Of a stretch of 64,000 nucleotides of DNA, positions 54,345 through 64,000 are shown piece by piece. Under the pieces are notes generated by a model. It ran no database searches. It saw only the letters and a list, made by a program, of their open reading frames with translations, and had not been told where the DNA came from. This stretch comes from Octopus sinensis (lineage: Eukaryota). The DNA is taken from NCBI RefSeq assembly GCF_006345805.1, contig NC_043003.1, forward strand, positions 25,172,001 to 25,236,000, in the 5' to 3' direction. The position numbers and the translations under genes are program-made. How positions within the stretch are numbered: position 1 is the first letter of the stretch; each line of letters begins with the position of its first letter.

Positions 54345-56030
54345 CTTCCTTCTTTCAATTTTGCTTTCATTTCTTGCCGACAGTCTTCCCGATACTTAGG
54401 GCAAAGAAACTCACTGTATACATTGATAGGCCATTAAAATAAACACACCAGATTACTCATCTACAAAATCAAAGGAAGTTAAGTAGAGAAAATTATTTAC
54501 ACAGTTATTAATCGTTCTTGCGGCGACAATGCTCTTCTCAATAGGTGTGACGTACCAGTTAAAACAATTTTTTGCACTTCCTGCAGGGATGGTAAGCCAG
54601 GAATCATTCTCAGACAATATTCAATTCTCTTTTGAGCATTCCCAGAGCACCAACAATCTCTGGTATTGTAACCGCCTTGAGATGCCACATTTTTTCGAGT
54701 TAGATGAGCAAATCTTTATATTTTCTGAGCTTGTCGAATACTTTTGCTGAGATATGGTCACAAGGAAAACTCATATCGATCAATAAATAGATTTGATTAT
54801 CTTGGTATTTTACAACAATATCCGGTTTTATTAGCTTTGATGGTCTGTGTGTACTGGAAAACCTCAAAGAATCGTTACATTTTCTCCCTTAGTTATAGCC
54901 TTGGTATGATGCTTATATCACTTGTCAACAGTTATTGGCCAACTCTGTCATGTCTTGATTTATGCTCAACTGGCGCTAAAACTTTACATCCAGATATTAA
55001 GTGATCCACTGTTTCAATCTCATCATTGCAGAATCGGCACTTTGCATCCACGCCATTTTTCATTACATTCGTTTGATAGTTCCGGATCAATAAGCTTTGA
55101 TCTTGAGCAGCTAGGTGAAGCCCTTGTTCTCTGCCTTTAGCCCTGAGCTTCGTAGGTATGATGGATGCGCCTCTGTTCAACATCAGCGTGCTTGCTGCTG
55201 GCCACATATTTGCCTTGCAGAGGTTTCTGTTCCCAACGACCAGCCAATTATTCATACGCATTTTCCCCTTGCCATTAATTTTACCTTCTTTATAACAACA
55301 GTTGCCACACTTCCCTCAGGATGTTTATCCCGGGTATCATACATGAATTCAATAGCAAACTTCTTGCTTTCTTTCATGACAGAATGAAGCTTCTTACGCC
55401 TCTTGTGATTTTTCAACGAGTTTTAGTATTCGATCGTTAATTGTTTCAAGATATTTGGCCAGCCCAACTGTGGTGATTTTGTAAGAAAGTTCAAACTGCA
55501 TTAAGCATCAACCTCCTTGGGCTCTAGGAAGGTAAAGTCGATCCACATTTGCCTTTGGGTGGTGCATCTTTTTTAAAGTCAGCAGTTTACGTATTTTTCT
55601 ATGTATTGTCTTTATTTCACTGATATTCCAATTTAATTCATTGAAGCTATAAGTAAGAAGTGGAACGGCTAAGGAATTTATGGGTAACACCTTGTTATAT
55701 GAATTTAGCTCAGATTTTAAGAACTGTTCGAACTTTCCTATAACATTCCTTCCTGATCTTCTCTTTCATGTTTGCATGTTGAATGCCAGAGCCTTCATTT
55801 ATTCTAAAGTACTTATAAATTTGTTTCTGCTCAAGTTCTTTTATGATTGTGTCAAACATTTAACACGACTGAATTTGAGGTTTTTAATTTCCCTTTCTGG
55901 AAAGCGGCCTTGACACACTTAGCAAGATCAAACTCCATCCCGATGTCATCACTGAATGCTTCCACAATACGTAATAGGCCTTCAGGCTCATCAATGTCTC
56001 TGCCATAGAGTTTTGCGCCATCCATATAAA
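54345..56030 (-). mobile_element. Dong/R4-like retrotransposon, decayed (RT 3' part + CCHC + RLE), ending at a (TAC)n/(TAA)n tract
   Basis: FYMDGAKLYG..FSDDIGMEFDLAKC; HHPKANVDRLYLPRAQGG; AAQDQSL..CRFC..ETVDHLISGC..RHDRV; EVQKIVLTGTSHLLRRAL. Confidence 0.9.
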
Positions 56031-56882
56031 ACATGGTTTCAAATTTTGGCACAGGGCCAGCAATTTCGGAAGAGTTAGTAAGTCGATTATATTTCTTCCA
56101 GTACCCAGATTGTATTTATTTTACCAACCCCGGAAGGGTGAAAGGCAATGTCGACCTTGGTGTATTCTGTTTGTACGATAATCGTTTAATATATTCTAAT
56201 TCTAGGTAGACTGGTACGTTAAAGTACAAATGAACCGGCTGATCGCAGGTCATAGAATTACCTATGAGTGTTTATATGTGCATATGTACATGCGTGTGCG
56301 TGTGTGTGTTTGTGTGTGAGTGTGCGTGTATGTGTCTGCGTGTGTGTGTTTGTGTGTGAGTGTACGATGATAGGTGGGGCATTTCGTAATCGCATACAAA
56401 AAAATAAATAAAATAAGTAGAAATGGTGTGAAAGGAGAGAAGTTTCATTTTTCAATTTACACCAACCACAAACAGAACCGAATAATCGGGAATCCTTTCA
56501 AAACACCGACCCCACCCGATTGAAAATGGGGGCCCCCGTTTCTTGGTGCCAAACACTGTGACTGAACATATAATTAATTTGCTGGAACGTTCTGGTAATG
56601 ATTCGACAATTCTCTAGAAATGAAAGACATACTTTTTTTTTGAAACGGGAGGGTGGTGAATATAATAGAATCAAAGAAAAATGACTCAGGACTAGAAAAA
56701 GAACAAAAAAAAGGCTAAAACAACAAACAACAAACACAAAAACACCCATTAATATATATTTTCTCTTCTTTTTAAGTCAGCATATTTCTATGATCAATAG
56801 GATAAGAAATGTATAATGTAAATGGTAAAACTAATACGTGAGAGAGATGCAGAACGGGAGAAAGGGAGATAGAGATAGAGGA

Positions 56883-56919
<37 letters not shown>

Positions 56920-57079
56920 AGAGAGGTGGAGTGAAAGTGAGAATGGAATAGAGAGAGGGCGAGAGAGAAAGAGAGAGGAGTATAAGGAGTTCCACTCTAC
57001 ATTCTAGATAGTTACACTCGGCTTGATGAGAAAGAATGAAATACCTAGGTTTTGAATTTGCGTGTGAGTGTATGTGCAG

Positions 57080-57133
<54 letters not shown>

Positions 57134-57852
57134 ATTTGTGTGTCTGTGTTTGTTCCCCCACCATCGCTTGACAACCGATGTTGGTGTATTTACGTCCCCG
57201 TAACCTAGCGGTTCGGCAAATACGGAAATATATTCGTATGCACTCTTTACGACAGGCACTAAACTGCTAAAACCGAGCAAACAAATATTTTTTGGCAGAT
57301 TTTGGGTTTTAAAAAATCAACATAAAAGAACATTAAAAAACTGTGAGTTCTACATGCATTGTCGGGGGGCAAAGAGGGAATAGTCATGGCTGGATTGTCC
57401 TCTTCGATAGTAAGTATGGTTTGTCAAGTCTGACCTGGGCCTAAACAAAAATTACAATAATGTGCAAACACAACACGCACACACACATAACCACACACAT
57501 ATCTATACACACACACATATCTACACACACACACACACACACACCACACACACACACACACACCACACATACACACACTAATATTTGTTTTTCTATATAG
57601 TTATGTATAAAAACAGTCAAACATTAATTAAAAGCTCACTAATTACATTTAAGTAAAGTACTAAACATATTTTACACCCCTCCTCCCAATTTTTGTTAGT
57701 GACTACGAAGTTTCGCCTATCGTGGTTTCGTCAAGTTGTCAAGTTGTCTGGCGGAAATTTGTAGTGACGGTCATCCTCTTTCATACACACACGTGTGTGT
57801 GTGTGTGTGTATGGCTCAGTAGTTAGAGCGTCGGACTCACAATCAGTATATA

Positions 57853-58258
57853 CTCTTTACTCTTTTACTTGTTTCAGTCATTTGACTGCGGCCATGCTGG
57901 AGCACCGCCTTTAATCGAGCAACTCGACCCCAAGACTTATTCTTTGTAAGCCCAGTACTTATTCTATCGGTCTCTTTTGCCGAACCGCTAAGTGACGGGG
58001 ACGTAAACACACTAACATCGGTTGTCAAGCAATGCTAGGGGGACAAACACACACACACAAACACACACACATACACATATATATATACATATATACGACA
58101 GGCTTCTTTCAGTTTCCGTCTACCAAATCCACTCACAAGACATTGGTCAGTCCGGGGCTATAGGAGAAGACACTTGCCCAAGATGCCACGCAGTGGGACT
58201 GAACCCGGAACCATGTGGTTGGTTAGCAAGCTACTTACCACACAGCCACTCCTGCGCC
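57853..58258 (-). mobile_element. SINE family A, full length
   Basis: Head GGCGCAGGAGTGGCTGTGTGGTAAG starts at 58258; tail GTAAAAGAGTAAAGAG. Confidence 0.88.
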
Positions 58259-58265
58259 CAATTAT

Positions 58266-58313
58266 AAAAAATATGGAACGCTTCACGAATTTGCGTGTCA
58301 TCCTTGCGCAGGG
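58266..58313 (-). pseudogene. RNU6: U6 snRNA 3'-half fragment
   Basis: Reverse complement CCCTGCGCAAGGATGACACGCAAATTCGTGAAGCGTTCCATATTTTTT matches the conserved metazoan U6 3' half, including the terminal U-tract; the 5' half (ACAGAGA box) is absent. Confidence 0.95.
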
Positions 58314-58322
58314 ATATGTATG

Positions 58323-58354
<32 letters not shown>

Positions 58355-58357
<3 letters not shown>

Positions 58358-58734
58358 TACCATCAGAAATTAATTAGCACCCTTGATTTGCTCTTCACTC
58401 AAGGTATGTGCTGTCACCTAGTGGCCATATCTCGAACTATTGCTTTGTTGCGAGTTCACTGTTGCGCAGAACGATGACGTAACTTTGTTTGCAGAGCAGT
58501 TTGAAAGTCTACAGCCTTATGATGTTGACATAGCAGTGCAACAACAACTTGGAGTGCGGATGCAGACAAATCTTCCTTTGTTTAATAGATATAGGTAGCG
58601 CCTCGCAAGGACCGAAATCACACCATACTAAATTTTCTCATCGCGTAAGACGTTTTGAACAGCTCATAGGTTAATTGATTTAACCTATTTAATGTAGAAA
58701 TTTGAGAAGTGCTAATTAATTTCTGACGCAAGTG
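58355..58734. mobile_element. Tc1-like MITE
   Basis: TA|CACTACCATCAGAAATTAATTAGCAC ... GTGCTAATTAATTTCTGACGCAAGTG|TA. Confidence 0.8.
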
Positions 58735-59894
58735 TATATATATATTCCTAGAAAGTTAGAGGTTGTGAATCCAGGTAGAATACCCAATTATTAATACACA
58801 AGTGTTTTTTATTGCATTGCAATTACATTACTGAATGTAATAAATGGGTGAAGGTAAAGAGTTATTTTACCATTAATTTATAGAATAATATGAAAATGGA
58901 GGGGATCAATAGGTGGTTCATCAACTTTTAGACATTATATTATATTATGTCAATTTACTTATTTATTTACTAAAATGGCAATTACCAGAATATACATACA
59001 TGTATAAGATTATACTTTACATATGAAATATATAAAGATACTAGTAATTATTAAACTATTCCTGTATGTTATATATTTTAATAATTACTAGTGTCTTTAT
59101 GTATTTTATATGTAAAACATAATCTCTTATTATAAAAGGCAGATTTTATCTGCCTCCCTTTGGGAGTTATACAAATCTACAATATAGGATTTCTTCAATT
59201 ACAATTTACCTAGCATTTTTGAGAGTACAATGCATCGCGTCATGCCAGGTCCAGTTTTTAAAATTTAAACTCCAATTAAGCAAAATTTACAGAAAACTCA
59301 CATTCTGGTGTGTGTGTCAAATGCTTTTCTTAGTCTGGTTTACACACACGCAAACGCACACACAGTGGGCAACGAATAAAATGAAAGTAAATAGCGACAG
59401 AGTGATTTGAGGAAGACTAAAGTGAAAGTATTCTGTCTATGACGCTGATAGATACATGAGTAAAATGTATGGGAAGCTAAGAGCTAAGAGTGAGTGAAAA
59501 TGTTCTTGGAAGAGAGTAATTAGTAATAAAGTAACATACACTCATACATACATACATACATACATCATACACTCATACATACACACACACACACATACAC
59601 ACACACATACATACACACACATACATACATACACCACACATACATACATACATATACATACATACATACATATACATACATACATACACACACACACATA
59701 CACACACACACAGTATTGAAGCTTGAGAACAATCAGATACATTTGCAACACATCTGTGAAAATATTATTGTTCACACACATACATATACAATATACATAC
59801 AGACGACAGACAGATAGACACACACACACACACACACACATGATCCAGCATGGCCACAACCTCAAGGCTGAAACATATAAAAGAATAACAGAAT

Positions 59895-60255
59895 ATAAAT
59901 GTGTGCAAAGTACAAGAAATATTAATGCAGTATATGGGGATTGGACAATAAGCGTAAGGCAGTGTCAATGGTGGTTCCAGAAATCCGAGCCATAACTACA
60001 GCCTAGAAGACGAGCCTCATCCTGAAAGATCTGTAGAACTCGACAAGGACATCCTGAAAACCCTGGTGGAACAAAATATCATCGTAACTGTTGAGGAACT
60101 AGCAGAGAAGCTTGGATTTGGTCATTCAACCATTCATTGACACCTGTGTGCTATCGGAAAAGTCAGCAAATTGGGTCAATGGGTTCCTCACGAACTTTCC
60201 GAGTCTAATTGCATGCAGAGAGTGAATGTATGCTTTTCTTTGCTGTCATATCTCA
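59895..60255 (+). pseudogene. Mariner transposase N-terminal fragment
   Basis: STRNINAVYGDWTISVRQCQWWFQK..SLEDEP..VEELAEKLGFGHSTIH*HL..IGKVSKLGQWVPHELS. Confidence 0.85.
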
Positions 60256-60275
60256 CCACTACTGCGCTATGTATA

Positions 60276-60916
60276 TCTATATATATAAAACTGTAGTTGT
60301 GTGAGTGTCTGTCCCCTTCGATTTAGATTCCTAACTACTCCCACATTTTGCAGTACAGTTTTTTAACCAAATTCGGGTAGCTTATAGTCGTGATTCATAT
60401 CGAGCCCGTCTGAATATTAGCGCGCGTCTACGATGAGTCTACGATTTTAAAAATAATTTAACATAATTTTTTATTCCTTTTAATGCATAATTTTCGTGTG
60501 TCGATGGGGCGGAGTTGGCGTCCACGCTCACACCTGCACCTGTGGGGAGGGAGTGTAAGGAAATCAACGTCGTAATGCGTTGTCAAGGAGACCAGTGTTC
60601 TTTTAGAACAACGAACTTCATGGCTTGAAGACACCAAAACAGAAATGGCTAAGAAAGCGTCTACATGAGTCTACGATTTAAAAAAAAATTACCATCGTTT
60701 TTTTTTCCATTTTAATGCATTTTTTTCGCTATTATATAAGGGAAGTAACTCTCTAAAAATGTCTACGACCAGTCAATGATTTAAAAAAAAATTTACCATC
60801 ATATTTTCCATTTTTTTTTAATGCATTTTTTTTGCTATTTTTTGGCTATAACTCTCTAAAAATGCTTATATAGTTATTTCCCTTACAAACCCGAGCAACG
60901 CCGGCGATACTGCTAG
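60276..60916 (+). mobile_element. Non-autonomous Helitron with canonical ends
   Basis: A|TCTATATATATAAAACTGTAG ... CCCGAGCAACGCCGG hairpin-like, then CTAG|T; inserted in an AT site; three internal GTCTACGA..TTTAAAAA..AATTTA repeats. Confidence 0.85.
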
Positions 60917-61054
60917 TGTATGTATATTCTTGTAATTGTCATTTTAGAAATAAATAATAAATAAATGACATAATATAATGTCTAAAAGTTGATGAACCAC
61001 ATATTGATCCCCTCCATTTTCTTATTGCTCTCTCTCTCTATATATAATATATAG

Positions 61055-61121
<67 letters not shown>

Positions 61122-61184
61122 ATATATATACATGTAATATATTTATATATATAATTTATATATATATGTTATATATTATATTAT

Positions 61185-61231
<47 letters not shown>

Positions 61232-61563
61232 ATACCCTCTCGTTCTGGTCTAACGACCCTCCATGTTTATTTTCGTTCGGTTTCTTTGTGTGTCTCCACT
61301 GTCCTGTTTTTGTTCCCGGCTTTGACTCTCCATAAATCCAAAATTATGTTTTGGTATTTATGGAAGCAGCTGTCTTCGAAGACTCATATTGTCGTTGAAT
61401 GCTCGAAATGAGGAGTAGATAGACAGTCGACCACTGATGAAGGGCTGGTCTTTGTGTTACTTGTCCTGTTTTCCATCTTTTACTCTCGTTGTTTGCGTAT
61501 ATAACTCATTTGTTTTCGTACTTCATGTTGTTTGCTGTTTGTGACGTCCGTACCCATATATGC

Positions 61564-61602
<39 letters not shown>

Positions 61603-62053
61603 TTTTACATTCATTTTACTTAATAATTGTTTCTAATTTGGGCACAAGGCCAGCAATTCTGTGGAGTGTAGTTGCCGACACCATTAATCCTGGTACTTGA
61701 CTGGTACACTGTTTTATTGAATCCAAAAGCATGAAAGACAATATTAATCTCAGCAGGAAGTGAACTCAGAACGGAAGGATACCTTGTAGAAATACTACAA
61801 GGTATTTCTTCTCCTACGTACAAACTATTTGGTCATCTGTAATATAATTACCTTCTAATGCTTCAAAATAATCAAAATAATAAAATCGAGAAAAAGAACA
61901 CAGTGAACTTACCGTGATATTGGAAATATCTAACGTTTCTTCGGGGAAAAGTTGTCAAGAATGAAAGTAGAGAGGGACCGCAGAATTTTACTTCCTAACT
62001 CAGAACCGGATGTTTAGCATTGTTATCACTCTTTAATTTAACTTCTGTCATCT

Positions 62054-62090
62054 TTTCTCTGAAGAAGGACTCTGTCCGAAACGTTGGATA
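62054..62090 (+). ncRNA. Minimal hammerhead-like motif
   Basis: CTGAAGA-A-GGAC-TCT-GTCC-GAAAC-GTT with palindromic AACGTT in place of helix III; stem I is only ~3 bp. Confidence 0.5.
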
Positions 62091-64000
62091 TTCGACTTCC
62101 TACGACAATTTCCTCGCACAGTTTTAGTTGATTTTTTTTCTCCTAAATAATAAACGACTCACCGACGCCGACCAACAATAGTCTCTTTAGATTCTATTTT
62201 ATAAAAGCCGAGAGAGGAGACAACAAGTTTGCATGTCAGAGATTAATTATTCAAAATGCTTTGCTTTGGATGTGGCCTAAAACGCTTGTGAGTGTATCAG
62301 CAAATTAGAGCAGCAAAAAGAGCAGAGGCAAGAAAAGCAGCAACCGTAGCAGCATCACGGACGTGAGAGCAAAACTCCCTAGTGTGTCTCAATTTGGCTT
62401 TGATGAAAGTATATTGCACTATGATTAATTACGCAGAGTTGTTCTCTTCATGAAAAAACAATAATTAAGCTAGTGTTAACATGTTTACTGTGGTGAATAG
62501 TTAAAAATTTAATTGAAAAATTATTGCGGTGAGAGCAAACATTAGCTTATTAACTAATATTATTTTAGTCCTTTCTGGTAGCACGGGAGACAACTGTGGT
62601 CATGTTTAGCTCTTATGAAACTTTCTTAGGTGAGCATTCTCTTCAACTATCGGATCACTTGATCACTACTTATTTAAGGCAATATACTTCACCAACCCAT
62701 AACACACAACACACCACCTCGGAACGCCTCTACCCTGTCTTTACTAACCGGTCAAAAGAGGCAAACAACACTGTGTACAACAACTAGAGGAAGTCATCTC
62801 TACCGCCAACACCCCCCACCACTGAATATTATTTGAGAATCATCGACCAGGTGCCCTCCCTGTGTCCAGAGGTCGGTTTGCCAAGACATTTCAGCTCCCT
62901 CAACGTTGTGCTGCATGTATATAATCAGCCTGGATCTTATTTCCAGTTCATTCTTTGAGGTATTCTGTCCACAAACGTCTTTTGACGGCTCCTCGTTCTT
63001 TTCCTGTTCACACTTCCGGTCAGGATGATCCTGGGCAATGACTCATGGCGTATTGTATATCAGAATTTTATGGACCAAAGATTTCAAACTCTGAGGTGGA
63101 ACAAGAAGACGAGAAAGGTAAGGCTCCGGGGACAAATACAATAACACGTGAGAAGACAATGGTATTGCCAAACTCGCAGACCTCTTTAATGACGCTTATG
63201 GCTCTTGGTGAAGGCGCATGGTTCAGTAAGTAGAGTGTCGGGCTTACAACCGTAAAGTAGTGAGTTCGATTCCTGGACTGGGCTGTGTGTTGTATTCTTG
63301 AGCAAGACTCTTTATTTCACGCTGCTCCAGTTCACTCAGCTGTAAAATGAGTTACAACATCACTGGTGGCGTGAAGTGGGGGAGACTGGTATGAATGGGC
63401 AACTGCTGGTCTTCTGCAAACAGCCCTGCCCAGACTTGTGTCTCAGAGGGGAACTTTCTCTGTGCAATTCCATGCTCATTCATGATCGAAGGGAGTCTTT
63501 GCCCTTCTTTTACAGTTCTTGACACTTTCCAGAAAATTTCAAAACATCAGCATTATCACCCTCGGCGGTGCGTTGTGTTCTAGAGCAAGACACTTTAACA
63601 TTGCTCCAGTCCACTCAGCTGGCAAAAATGAGTAGCACTTGTATTTCAAAGAGCCAACCTTGTCACATCCTGTGTCACTCTGAGTCTTCCTGGGAACTAC
63701 GTTAAGAGTACGCATGTCTGTGGAGTGTTCAACCACTTGTACGTTTATTTCACGAGCAGGCTGTTTCGTTGATCGAATCAATTGGATCGTTCGTCGTTGT
63801 AACTGACGGAAAGCCAGTAACGAAAAAAAAAACAACCGAAAACACCTAAGGCAAGAGAGTGCTCTCACTTTGGGACCGTCAGCCTCATGTCTTATGCTTT
63901 TGAAATATTTCTTATTTGAGAACATTTAGTCTCAAATAATTTGCTTAAGCCAGTGATGGAGGCATATGGCCTAGTGGTTGGAGCAGCAGACTCGCGGTCG

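Larger units (their letters stand above)
58892..61021. mobile_element. ~105 bp inverted repeats (58892-59000 / 60917-61021) enclosing nested elements
   Basis: GAAAATGGAGGGGATCAATAGGTGGTTCATCAACTTTTAGACATTATA... versus ...TATAATGTCTAAAAGTTGATGAACCACATATTGATCCCCTCCATTTTC. Confidence 0.75.

Noticed and set aside
58266-58313. Functional U6 gene
   Set aside because: Only the 3' ~48 nt are present; the upstream sequence is (TA)n, with no ACAGAGA box or promoter.

Overview
This is AT-rich eukaryotic DNA made almost entirely of repeats: microsatellites, three tRNA-headed SINE families, decayed LINEs (CR1/L2-group, Tx1/L1, RTE, Dong/R4-type RLE), mariner/Tc1/hAT DNA elements and non-autonomous Helitrons. 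The repeat landscape resembles a coleoid cephalopod (probably Octopus) intron or intergenic region; this is my recognition and was not checked by a search. I found no intact host protein-coding gene, and most predicted ORFs are translated microsatellites. Points of most interest: (1) a ~3.1 kb near-perfect palindrome built from two head-to-head Penelope-like element (RT + GIY-YIG) copies, each with a variant hammerhead-ribozyme fold in its 3' UTR; (2) several short, mostly microsatellite-embedded elements carrying hammerhead-like cores; (3) a SINE subfamily whose distinctive tail is always followed by sequence of its own family, suggesting self-targeting; (4) a U6 snRNA 3' half fused upstream of a SINE; (5) a LINE/SINE shared 3' end with a covarying terminal stem-loop. 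Repeat boundaries were read by eye and are approximate.
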